Part shown: in pieces, positions 15,484 to 22,874 of the stretch
Layout of the letters: every line of letters starts with the position of its first letter
Position numbering within the stretch: the stretch's first letter is position 1
Source: a virus
Virus record (IMG/VR): IMGVR_UViG_3300029587_000019
Span: 1-40,932 of that record
DNA: 40,932 nt
Strand: one strand, 5' to 3'
Program-made: the position numbers and the translations under genes
The notes under the pieces: generated by a model
Databases searched by the model: none
Told to the model about the DNA's origin: nothing
The model's input: the letters and a program-made list of their open reading frames with translations, nothing else

Positions 15484-16159
15484 CGTTGGCCTCCTTGGCC
15501 TCGGCTACGCACTTTTCGCACAGCGCATAGCCGTATAGCTGCTTCGCTCTTGCCGCCAGACGCGCCGCCTTCACCGTTGCCCTGCCGTCAAAGTAGTCCA
15601 TCACCTGACCGCCGCAACGCTCACAGATAACGGTAGCATCGCCCTGCGGGGGCAATCTGTACCCCGGCTTCTGCTGGGGCGGAATGGCCGCTTTCTGTGT
15701 CCGCTGCTGGGGTTCTGTTCCACGGTCATACTTGGTGCTGTCCTTATCCCAGTACACATCCGCGCCAAAGCCCAGTGCCTTGCAGGCCACGGAAATTGCG
15801 TCCGTGAGGGCCATCTTAAAGCATTCGTCCGAGGTATACAGCCCGTTCCGCTCGCTTGCTACAAAGGCGCTGCCGCCGGTGCCGGGGATAGCTTCCGACC
15901 ACGCCCCGTCTACCTTGACAAACAGGTCGATGTCCAGAAATGCGGCGACCTCGTTGTTGGCCCCCTGCTCCAACCGCTTGTCCGTGATAACATACTTCCA
16001 GCCGATTCCGCAGGGGCCGAACTGCTCCGTCAGCGCCTTGATGCGCCACATGGGGTTGATATCGGTCTTACCCTTCAACCGCCCCGCCTGAATGGACCGC
16101 TTGGCGGCCTCCGGCACCTGCCGAACCCGCTCATAAATCCCCAGATTCTCCATGTTCAT
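15470..16159 (-). CDS. Rad52-like single-strand annealing protein with a C-terminal zinc ribbon (putative)
   Basis: 229 aa with INPMWRIKALTEQFGPCGIGWKY, then CERCG...CEKC. Confidence 0.55.
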   Translation of the reverse strand: MNMENLGIYERVRQVPEAAKRSIQAGRLKGKTDINPMWRIKALTEQFGPCGIGWKYVITDKRLEQGANNEVAAFLDIDLFVKVDGAWSEAIPGTGGSAFVASERNGLYTSDECFKMALTDAISVACKALGFGADVYWDKDSTKYDRGTEPQQRTQKAAIPPQQKPGYRLPPQGDATVICERCGGQVMDYFDGRATVKAARLAARAKQLYGYALCEKCVAEAKEANDAAG

Positions 16160-16361
16160 CCTCCAAATTCAGCGGGCAATACATCCCGCGCCCTTTTGAA
16201 TCGAGCAGGTACTCGCCCGTTCTCCGGCATTGGAGCCGGGAATAGGTTTCCAGTAGAGGGCACAGTGCGCAGCACACATGCCCCTCCGGGAAATTGATAT
16301 CCACGGTCGCCCGTGTGTAGAATAAACAGCTATTGCCCATTTGCCCTCCTGTAAACTCCAT
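16131..16361 (-). CDS. Hypothetical Cys-rich protein. Start uncertain.
   Basis: 76-aa ORF in the operon. Confidence 0.4.
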   Translation of the reverse strand: MEFTGGQMGNSCLFYTRATVDINFPEGHVCCALCPLLETYSRLQCRRTGEYLLDSKGRGMYCPLNLEDEHGESGDL

Positions 16362-16545
16362 AGGCGTTTGTCTCGCCGTCTTTGTTCTTCTTGATGACCG
16401 TTTCCTTCGTCAGCTCAACGCCAGCCTTCCGCAGGTCGGAAATCCGCGCTGTAAAGTTGGCGATGCGCAGTTTGCTCATACCCTCCATCGTGGTAATGCT
16501 CCCGTGCTTATCCAAATAAGCCAGAATCTTTTCGCACTGCGTCAT
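16330..16545 (-). CDS. Small winged-helix DNA-binding protein (putative)
   Basis: 71 aa from MTQCEKILAYLDKHGSITTMEGM. Confidence 0.5.
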   Translation of the reverse strand: MTQCEKILAYLDKHGSITTMEGMSKLRIANFTARISDLRKAGVELTKETVIKKNKDGETNAYGVYRRANGQ

Positions 16546-16546
16546 A

Positions 16547-16777
16547 TCAGTCCTCCGGGATGTCGATGACCATAACGCCCATCGCTTCTGCAACCGCCTC
16601 CGGGTCTTTATCAAGCTCTTTCAGGAACCATTCCAGTTGCTCCTGCATATCATCCTTGAAGCATCGAGCGCAGTAGACTTCACGGTTGACCACGAATCCC
16701 GGAGCCACGTCCACATGCAATTTCGGATTTATAACGGTTGAACATTTTTCACACACCGGGTAAACCTTTCTTTTCAT
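16547..16777 (-). CDS. Hypothetical zinc-ribbon protein (76 aa)
   Basis: Start MKRKVYPVCEKC...CARC. Confidence 0.5.
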   Translation of the reverse strand: MKRKVYPVCEKCSTVINPKLHVDVAPGFVVNREVYCARCFKDDMQEQLEWFLKELDKDPEAVAEAMGVMVIDIPED

Positions 16778-16974
16778 TTCCACGCATCTCCTCTCTTCCA
16801 CGCTTTCGTGGCGTTGGATTGCTGGGCGTAACCCGCTGTGATGGCGCCGCAGGTGGAACACCGTACATAGTGCTTAAACGGTGCGTCCGTGGACTGCACC
16901 CGCTCACCGCTGTCCATGCCGCATACCTGGCAGAGATCCAGCGGATAGCGCTCATGCCGGTTCTTTCTGTTCAT
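16774..16974 (-). CDS. Hypothetical zinc-ribbon protein, weakly Lar-like (66 aa)
   Basis: CQVCG...CSTCG...ATKAWKRG. Confidence 0.45.
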   Translation of the reverse strand: MNRKNRHERYPLDLCQVCGMDSGERVQSTDAPFKHYVRCSTCGAITAGYAQQSNATKAWKRGDAWK

Positions 16975-17096
16975 CGCGCGCTCACCACCATGTACGCAAT
17001 GGTGATCAGCAGCAGGGCCAGAAAACTCATAAAGCCCATCCATGCGGAGGCGTCCGCCTTCCGCTGCTCTCTGGTGCGCCGTTCATGCTTTCTCAT
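16971..17096 (-). CDS. Tiny membrane ORF (41 aa), uncertain
   Basis: Hand translation gives MRKHERRTREQRKADASAWMGFMSFLALLLITIAYMVVSAR. Confidence 0.3.
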   Translation of the reverse strand: MRKHERRTREQRKADASAWMGFMSFLALLLITIAYMVVSAR

Positions 17097-17190
17097 GCGG
17101 ATTCCCTCCTTCAATCAGGTCAACGATTTTGAATACCCAAGTGGCCGCATACGCCACGCCCAGGATCATAAAAAACAGGTTCCAGCTCAT
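17083..17190 (-). CDS. Tiny membrane ORF (35 aa), uncertain
   Basis: Hand translation gives MSWNLFFMILGVAYAATWVFKIV... Confidence 0.3.
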   Translation of the reverse strand: MSWNLFFMILGVAYAATWVFKIVDLIEGGNPHEKA

Positions 17191-17339
17191 TGCTTGATAT
17201 CCCCCTCTTTGGTGTAAACACCATCAAACTCAAGGCCGTGCTCCCTCGACCAGATCTTGCCGAACTCCGTCATAATCTTCACCGGGTCAGGCGGAGATAC
17301 CCAGATTATCCGGTATTCGATTTTCCGTTTCTTCGCCAT
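17187..17339 (-). CDS. Hypothetical small protein (50 aa), uncertain
   Basis: Hand translation gives MAKKRKIEYRIIWVSPPDPVKIM... ATGA overlap with the next ORF. Confidence 0.35.
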   Translation of the reverse strand: MAKKRKIEYRIIWVSPPDPVKIMTEFGKIWSREHGLEFDGVYTKEGDIKQ

Positions 17340-17407
17340 TGCCTTTTCCTTTCCCCTGTGCTAAAATAGCCACAGGATACATATCTGAGCCTAAGATTTG
17401 TTCCGCC

Positions 17408-17448
17408 GCCCTGCCCGGTCTGCAACACCGGACGGGGCATTTTTTATT
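17408..17448. terminator. GC-rich hairpin with a T-run on the plus strand. Its loop carries TGTTGCAGA when read on the minus strand.
   Basis: gccctgcccgg-tctgcaaca-ccggacggggc-attttttatt. The stem is imperfect. Confidence 0.4.
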
Positions 17449-17605
17449 CCACACGCCAGATTTCGTAGATGGTAACGCCATGCGACGCCATCTCTGCCGC
17501 AAATTTTACGGCCTGCGCCTCGGAAGTGAAACCATCGCTTGCGCCGCGCTGTCCCACGATACCGTTGTCATGGCAAATTGCCCAGTTCTCATTCATGTGC
17601 TTCAC
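17444..17605 (-). CDS. Hypothetical small protein (53 aa), uncertain
   Basis: GTG start 8 nt after AGGAGG. Sequence ...MNENWAICHDNGIVGQRGASDGF... Confidence 0.35.
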   Translation of the reverse strand: MKHMNENWAICHDNGIVGQRGASDGFTSEAQAVKFAAEMASHGVTIYEIWRVE

Positions 17606-17609
17606 CTTT

Positions 17610-18028
17610 TTATCCTCCTGTTATTAAACATTTCCTCTGCTATCCATGGCAGATCTGTGACGCCGCACTGCCGAGCTTATCTATTCCATTCCTTTGCTGC
17701 TCTTAGCGATACGTAACTTCGCTATTCCCTCGCCATTCTCATCTAAGCATTTCCTACGCTTTTCTTTGCGTTTCTCTACGGTTCTCTGCGGTTCTCTTCC
17801 TTGGCTTTGCGGTGAGTTGCTCCTCTGTGCGTTGCCTTTGCATAGCAAATCACTGCATTTCCGTTGCTACGTCGAGCATTGCTGTGCTACGCCATTCCGC
17901 TGCGATTCTGTACCGTTCTGAACCATTCCATTGCATTGCCTTGCGCATCTGTGCATTGCCTTTGCTATGTTGTTCTCCGCTTTGCCGTTGCATTGCTGAA
18001 CGATTCGCGGCCCTGCCATTCCGTCGCG
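17610..18028. repeat. About 420-bp ORF-poor, strand-asymmetric degenerate repeat array
   Basis: Plus-strand words: CCATTCC at 17686, 17893, 17923, 18016; CATTTCC at 17629, 17748, 17856; GCATTGC at 17876, 17933, 17953, 17990. 10-bp tandem GTTCTCTNCG x3 at 17771-17800. tgcattgcctt occurs twice. Confidence 0.85.
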
Positions 18029-18622
18029 TTACTGGATCTCATCCCAGACAAATCGGCCTTTTCCACTGTTGCGCCACTGACCGATGCCTGAGAACCGGCC
18101 ATAATCCAGCCATTCCCGGACGGCTTTCTCGTGATCGTCGCAGAGGCAGATCACCCGGAACTCGCAAGTAGCGCCTGCGGGGATTTCCTCACTCATGGCA
18201 AGGCTGACGCGCTCGCCCTGCGCCGTCTGCGCTCTCAGGGGGCGCTGGCACTCACCAACGGGGCCGTCAAACTCCAGCGGGATCACGCGAGGCTCCGGGA
18301 AGATCAGCTTATCGATTTCCTTCTTGTAGGCCTTGATCTTCTCACTGGCCGTGCCCTTGACCTTGCGGAGACCGCCGCAGGTGTCCTTGAAAAAGCCCTT
18401 GATCTGGTAGTCATACAGGAACGGGGTGCCGTCCTCCATCCGGGGGAACACCGTCATGGCCTTTTCCGCCACGGCATCAGCTCCCAGCGCGGCAACTTCG
18501 TCCTCAACGCTTAAAGCATCCGGGGATTTGGAACCGATAAACTCCCGATATACGTCTGGGTTTGCAGGGCTTGTGCCAAGAATGGGTTCCGTAAATGTGA
18601 TCCGTACCTTAATTTCCTTCAT
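18029..18622 (-). CDS. Unassigned early protein (197 aa) with a glycine-rich C-terminal motif GIGQWRNSGKGRF
   Basis: First gene after the Cro-like repressor. No family recognised. Confidence 0.7.
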   Translation of the reverse strand: MKEIKVRITFTEPILGTSPANPDVYREFIGSKSPDALSVEDEVAALGADAVAEKAMTVFPRMEDGTPFLYDYQIKGFFKDTCGGLRKVKGTASEKIKAYKKEIDKLIFPEPRVIPLEFDGPVGECQRPLRAQTAQGERVSLAMSEEIPAGATCEFRVICLCDDHEKAVREWLDYGRFSGIGQWRNSGKGRFVWDEIQ

Positions 18623-18640
18623 TCCTTTTTCCTCCTGTTA

Positions 18641-18865
18641 TTACTCACTGCTGGATTCGAACAGTTCGTCCACCGTCACGCCGTACATCCTCGCCAGCTT
18701 CTTGTGGTACTTCCGTGCCGGTCGCCAGTCGCCCAGCTCCCAATGCGTCACACAGGACAAGTCCACATTCAGTTTCTTTGCTACCTGTGCACGGGTCAGG
18801 TTGGAACGTTCTCGAAGTTCCTTCAATGCCAAGTCATGTGCCCTCCTTTCGGTGTGAGAATTCAT
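18641..18865 (-). CDS. Cro-like XRE-family HTH repressor
   Basis: 74 aa with LKELRERSNLTRAQVAKKLNVDLSCVTHWELG. Divergent from the CI-like gene. Confidence 0.8.
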   Translation of the reverse strand: MNSHTERRAHDLALKELRERSNLTRAQVAKKLNVDLSCVTHWELGDWRPARKYHKKLARMYGVTVDELFESSSE

Positions 18866-18878
18866 TGACTGCGGCAGA
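18864..18878. repeat. Left arm of a perfect 15-bp inverted repeat (ATTGACTGCGGCAGA)
   Basis: Its reverse complement is found at 19020-19034. Confidence 0.9.
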
Positions 18879-18893
18879 AATATGTGGTATGGT
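18865..18893 (+). promoter_or_regulatory. Putative sigma-70-type promoter (TTGACT-17-TATGGT) abutting the Cro-like start codon
   Basis: Hexamers and 17-nt spacer counted by hand. Confidence 0.45.
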
Positions 18894-18899
18894 AAGCAT

Positions 18900-19016
18900 G
18901 GGAGTTAAACTACGCGCCAAATGGCGTACTCTGTTGCAGAGGGGTATTCCATTTAGCAAACGAGTTCGCTTCCAACCGCCCCGAAGTTTGTTGCAGAGAC
19001 TTCGGGGCGGTTTTTT
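18900..19016 (+). ncRNA. Putative ~115-nt small RNA, antisense to the leader of the Cro-like operon
   Basis: Bounded by the promoter at 18865-18893 and the intrinsic terminator at 18976-19016. No ORF. Confidence 0.4.
18976..19016 (+). terminator. Rho-independent terminator
   Basis: ccgccccgaag-tttgttgcagaga-cttcggggcgg-tttttt. The stem is 11 bp and perfect. Confidence 0.8.
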
Positions 19017-19019
19017 ATC

Positions 19020-19034
19020 TCTGCCGCAGTCAAT
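19020..19034. repeat. Right arm of the 15-bp inverted repeat (tctgccgcagtcaat)
   Basis: Exact reverse complement of 18864-18878. Confidence 0.9.
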
Positions 19035-19069
19035 ACCCGCCGAAACCTCATGAATGTGAGAAATCACGC

Positions 19070-19098
19070 TTGACACGACCCGGAAAGCGTATTACAAT
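19070..19098 (+). promoter_or_regulatory. Promoter for the CI-like operon (TTGACA-17-TACAAT)
   Basis: Hexamers and spacer counted by hand. Confidence 0.65.
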
Positions 19099-19172
19099 GA
19101 AATCGCCAAAAGACATTGCAAAAGCCGCTTTTATGGGGGCTGGTTTTCGTGTACCCTTTTCCGGTGGGCTTA

Positions 19173-19223
19173 GGTATATGATACCTCACAAAATTCGGTT
19201 TGTCAATTAGCTTAACCGAATTT
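19173..19223 (-). promoter_or_regulatory. Leftward promoter (TTGACA-17-TATCAT on the minus strand, 19206..19178) with two overlapping palindromic operator candidates
   Basis: GGTATatgATACC (19173-19185) covers the -10. AAATTCGGTT/AACCGAATTT (19191-19200 / 19214-19223) brackets the -35. Confidence 0.6.
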
Positions 19224-19265
19224 CATCGGTTTTGGATAAGTGCACAATTTCGGGGGTTGTTTATT

Positions 19266-19643
19266 ATGGATGTTGTACTTGAGCGAATTCTGTCTTTGCT
19301 TCCTTGCGGTGAAAACGGGAAAATAATGCGAGGGGCAAAAAAAGATTTTGCTCAAAGCATCGGGTATGACAGTGGAGATATTGTTTCAATGTGGATAAAA
19401 GGAACAAGTTTCTCTTACAAAAACAAACTTCATGAAATTGCCGCAAAATATCACGTATCCGTTGAATGGCTCCAGGGCAAAACGGAAGATAAGAGCATAA
19501 AAGAAACCCCCGATCCGAAGATCGAGGGTGTGAGCGCGGAAGCGCAGGAAATATTAGATTATATCCGGGATGCGACACCCGCCGAACTGGCGGAAGTCTG
19601 CCGGTATATCGGGTATCTGAAAAGCAAGAGGGGCACGGAATGA
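19266..19643 (+). CDS. CI-like repressor (phage CI HTH type)
   Basis: 125 aa with FAQSIGYDSGDIVSMWIKG...IAAKYHVSVEWLQGK. Confidence 0.75.
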   Translation: MDVVLERILSLLPCGENGKIMRGAKKDFAQSIGYDSGDIVSMWIKGTSFSYKNKLHEIAAKYHVSVEWLQGKTEDKSIKETPDPKIEGVSAEAQEILDYIRDATPAELAEVCRYIGYLKSKRGTE

Positions 19644-20083
19644 AACTGAACCCAGATTGCTTGCGGGATATTATGCTTTTGGTCGAAGATCGTATTTCCG
19701 TTGAAACTGCGGTTGAAAATCCAAATGGGCTAAGAAAATTTAGCTATGTCAGCATTCCCTGTTTGGTGCGCTTGCTTCCTGACAGCTATTCAAAAGAGGA
19801 GATCATATATCATGTTGTACAGCTTTCAGAAAGCGGATACTTAAAAACAGATTTTTCCTTTGCAACAAGCGAAATGTTTGGATACTTTTACTTGAATACA
19901 ATTTATCACATCACGCCAAAAGGCCATGACTTTATCGCAAACATCGGGGGAAAAGAAAGCTGGGCAAAAACAAACGCTGTTTTAAAATCCTTGAAGTCAA
20001 TATCTCTATCGGTAATTGAAACGGTGGCAAAGGGTATCACTTCGGCCATAGTAGATCAATACATTGCAGGCTTTCAGGCATAA
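19640..20083 (+). CDS. DUF2513-like winged-helix protein
   Basis: 147 aa with LRDIMLLVEDRIS...EEIIYHVVQLSESGYLK. Confidence 0.6.
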   Translation: MKLNPDCLRDIMLLVEDRISVETAVENPNGLRKFSYVSIPCLVRLLPDSYSKEEIIYHVVQLSESGYLKTDFSFATSEMFGYFYLNTIYHITPKGHDFIANIGGKESWAKTNAVLKSLKSISLSVIETVAKGITSAIVDQYIAGFQA

Positions 20084-20306
20084 TACTGTACCCGCCGTCA
20101 TTATTGGCGGTTACAGAAATGGGAGCGCTCTTGAATGCTCCTTGCTTTAGCGTTTCATAATTGCTGCATTTAATAGCCTCCGCCAAACAGCCCGGAACAA
20201 GCGTAGCGCATTCCGCCGAAATGCCAGACGCTTCTAATACGTTGAGACACGCGTTTACAGCTTTAAGGACGTTGGGATTTTCATACCACAATTGATTATA
20301 CACCAT
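20037..20306 (-). CDS. Hypothetical Cys-containing protein (89 aa)
   Basis: Lower-GC region by eye (not counted). Convergent overlap with the DUF2513 gene. Confidence 0.5.
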   Translation of the reverse strand: MVYNQLWYENPNVLKAVNACLNVLEASGISAECATLVPGCLAEAIKCSNYETLKQGAFKSAPISVTANNDGGYSIMPESLQCIDLLWPK

Positions 20307-20415
20307 CGTTTCCTCCTTTAATCATTCGCAGCAATTCTACCTGTTCCTCTTGCGGCAAAAGCAGTACGGCATGCATCAGTTTGTTGCGAATTTCTTCAAG
20401 CTGTTCTGTTGCCAT
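20296..20415 (-). CDS. Tiny ORF (39 aa), uncertain
   Basis: Hand translation gives MATEQLEEIRNKLMHAVLLLPQEEQVELLRMIKG. Overlaps the next ORF. Confidence 0.3.
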   Translation of the reverse strand: MATEQLEEIRNKLMHAVLLLPQEEQVELLRMIKGGNDGV

Positions 20416-20604
20416 TATATCACAGTTTGCCGGTAAATCCAACATCTATGTATCCTCCGTTCATCATTTGCGAATAGAACGTCTGTTCGATTATTATAGC
20501 ACACCACCATGATTTTGCAACCGAAAGATATGGGGGCATGACGGTTGCCCGCGCATATTGAATATTTACATATACGCATATAAAAGAATGAAAGGAGCTT
20601 TACT

Positions 20605-20853
20605 ATGGTTTGCCCTAATTGCGGAAGCGAAAATGTAACAATCTCTATGGAGCAAGTGTCAAGTAAAACCAAAAAGCACGGGAACGGCATCGGAGGCCAT
20701 ATCAACAATGCTGCTCGCGGCTTGATGGCGGTATCAACCCTTGGCATGTCTAATCTCGTGTGGAAGAAAAGCAAAGGTGGCGAAAAGACCGTTGTAAAAA
20801 ATCAAAAGATTTGCCTTTGCCAGAATTGCGGAACCTCTTGGGAAATAAAGTAA
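20605..20853 (+). CDS. Zinc-ribbon protein (82 aa)
   Basis: CPNCGSE...CQNCG. RBS AAAGGAG. Confidence 0.65.
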   Translation: MVCPNCGSENVTISMEQVSSKTKKHGNGIGGHINNAARGLMAVSTLGMSNLVWKKSKGGEKTVVKNQKICLCQNCGTSWEIK

Positions 20854-20862
20854 GTGAAAAAC

Positions 20863-20899
20863 CCGGCCCCGCCGCCTCTGCAACAAACGGCGGAGCCGG
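20863..20899. terminator. GC-rich hairpin whose loop reads GTTTGTTGCAGA on the minus strand. The T-run is on the minus strand.
   Basis: ccggccccgccgcc-tctgcaacaaac-ggcggagccgg, preceded by gtgaaaaa on the plus strand. Confidence 0.4.
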
Positions 20900-21057
20900 A
20901 AGCAAGCCGGGGGACGTCGGCTTGCCGTAATCAAAGCGTAGCAAAAACAGGGTTGGGTGGGCAAGTCCCAAAGCTTGGTTTTTGGCATTTTCAGCCGTTT
21001 AAAAGTTTGTGCCGCCTTTACCCATATTTTGATTTTGGGGGTAAGGAGGCACTTTTT

Positions 21058-21492
21058 ATGACAATTCAGGAAGTTTGTAAGGCGAAACGTAACGCTTTGG
21101 GTATGACCATTCAGGACATAGCTGAAGCATCGGGAATTCCGCCGTCTACCGTCAACAATTTCTTTACCCATGCTTCCAAGGCCCCCTATATCTCCACGGT
21201 TGGGCCAATATGCGCCGTCCTTGGCGTGTCGCTGGATGAATTTTACGGCATCGGAGATCATCTGACGGCCAGTGAGGAAACGTTGCAAGCGGAAAAGGAC
21301 GGACTAGAACACCGCCTTGAGAATAAGCGGCAGACCATCGGCCTGATGGACACAGAACTGTGCAATCTTTGGCACTCCGTGAAGCTATACAGGTGGATCA
21401 TACTCGGTTTGTCACTATTGATCATCGGGCTTTTTGCCTGGTGCGTTTGGGTTGACATCCATTGTGCTAACTATGGATTTTGGAGGGGATAA
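21058..21492 (+). CDS. Membrane-anchored XRE-family HTH protein
   Basis: 144 aa. N-terminal HTH (LGMTIQDIAEASGIPPSTVNNF), C-terminal TM (WIILGLSLLIIGLFAWCVWV). RBS AAGGAGG. Confidence 0.7.
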   Translation: MTIQEVCKAKRNALGMTIQDIAEASGIPPSTVNNFFTHASKAPYISTVGPICAVLGVSLDEFYGIGDHLTASEETLQAEKDGLEHRLENKRQTIGLMDTELCNLWHSVKLYRWIILGLSLLIIGLFAWCVWVDIHCANYGFWRG

Positions 21493-21493
21493 C

Positions 21494-22834
21494 ATGTGCC
21501 AAAAAATAGTGGTCACTCTACCAAATAATCTACGCATCCGTGTAGCACTGTACATCAGGGTATCGACCGAAGAACAGGCGAAGCACGGCCTGTCCCTGGC
21601 AGACCAGCGGGAGGCTCTGATTGCATATGCCGCCGCACACGGCATGGAGGTTGTGGGCATTTACGAGGACGCCGGAATCAGCGCCAGAAAGCCGTATAAA
21701 AAGCGTCCGGCCTTGATGCGCCTGCTTGATGATTGCCGCGCCGGGAAAATCGACACCATCCTTTTTGTCAAGCTGGATAGGTGGTTTCGGAATGTGGCGG
21801 GGTACTACGCCGTGCAAGAGGTTCTCGACAAAAATCATGTGGATTGGCAGGCCATCAGAGAGGACTACGAAACGCGGACTGCATCAGGGCGATTGAAGGT
21901 CAATATTATGTTGTCGGTAGCGCAGGACGAAGCTGACCGCACATCGGAGCGCATTAAGGCCATCAACGAGGGCAAGAGGGCAAAGGGCCAGCCCACCAAC
22001 GGGAAAACTCCTATCGGAATCTGCGTGAAGAACCGGCGCTACGCCATTGATGAAGAAACCGCAGATGCGGCGCGAGATATGTTCCCAGCCTTTATACGGC
22101 TGCAAAGCATCCTTGCGCTAAGGCGGTATATGGCAACGGAGTGGGGGATCAAACGCTCGTACAACAAATACAAGGATGCGTTGAAAAGCCGCCTGTACTT
22201 AGGTGAGGCGTTCGGCGTGGAAAACGCATTGCCTGCACTTGTCGATCAAGAAACCTTTGACCTTGCTGGGAAAATCTTGGAACGGCGAAGCCAGCGGAAC
22301 GCCAGTGCGGATCGAATATATTTGTTTACCGGAATTCTCCGTTGCCGGGAGTGCGGTAGAAATATGCAGCCGGAGACTGTAAAGCAGGTGTACAAGTACT
22401 ACCGATGCAGAACGCACACACTTGATCCAGCCGACTGCCCGCACATCCTCAGAATCCGAGAAGATGTGCTTGAGGATTACCTTCTGCGGGAATTTGAGGG
22501 GATCGCAAAAAAGTATTACTCCAAATCAAAAACCGCAGAAAAAAAGCAGCCCAAAACGGCGGAGCAAATCAAGCGGAAAATGCAAAAACTGAAAGACCTG
22601 TATCTGTCGGATTTGATTGAAATCGAAGAATACAAAAAAGACTATACGGAATTGAAACAGCAGCTCGCGGCAATAAACCCGGAGCCTATAAAAGAATTTG
22701 ACCTTGAAACATTACGGCGAGAGTTGAAGGAATATCCTGATTTAGACCGGCAGGCAAAAAAGGAATTTTGGGTACGCACAATCCAGCGCATCGACGCAGA
22801 CAATGACGGTGCGTTTTTTGTAACGCCAAGTTAG
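21494..22834 (+). CDS. int: Large serine recombinase (integrase)
   Basis: 446 aa with RVALYIRVSTEEQ (catalytic Ser motif), recombinase and zinc-ribbon parts (CRECG...C...C), and a C-terminal coiled coil. Confidence 0.9.
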   Translation: MCQKIVVTLPNNLRIRVALYIRVSTEEQAKHGLSLADQREALIAYAAAHGMEVVGIYEDAGISARKPYKKRPALMRLLDDCRAGKIDTILFVKLDRWFRNVAGYYAVQEVLDKNHVDWQAIREDYETRTASGRLKVNIMLSVAQDEADRTSERIKAINEGKRAKGQPTNGKTPIGICVKNRRYAIDEETADAARDMFPAFIRLQSILALRRYMATEWGIKRSYNKYKDALKSRLYLGEAFGVENALPALVDQETFDLAGKILERRSQRNASADRIYLFTGILRCRECGRNMQPETVKQVYKYYRCRTHTLDPADCPHILRIREDVLEDYLLREFEGIAKKYYSKSKTAEKKQPKTAEQIKRKMQKLKDLYLSDLIEIEEYKKDYTELKQQLAAINPEPIKEFDLETLRRELKEYPDLDRQAKKEFWVRTIQRIDADNDGAFFVTPS

Positions 22835-22874
22835 TCTTATTTTCATGTCGCAACGCTAACATTAAAATATAACT

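Noticed and set aside
17610-18171. Coding potential of the repeat array: three overlapping plus-strand ORFs, and a minus-strand frame open except for two TAG codons (the idea of TAG recoding)
   Set aside because: All frames are open simply because the segment is A-poor on the plus strand and T-poor on the minus strand. There is no RBS. The rest of the genome uses TAG as an ordinary stop (e.g. 7838, 25197, 27143), so recoding is not supported.
17610-18622. Type III toxin-antitoxin (ToxIN-like: protein plus RNA repeats)
   Set aside because: The repeats are degenerate rather than near-identical units. They lie downstream rather than upstream of the protein gene. The protein shows no ToxN/AbiQ-like features that I can recognise.
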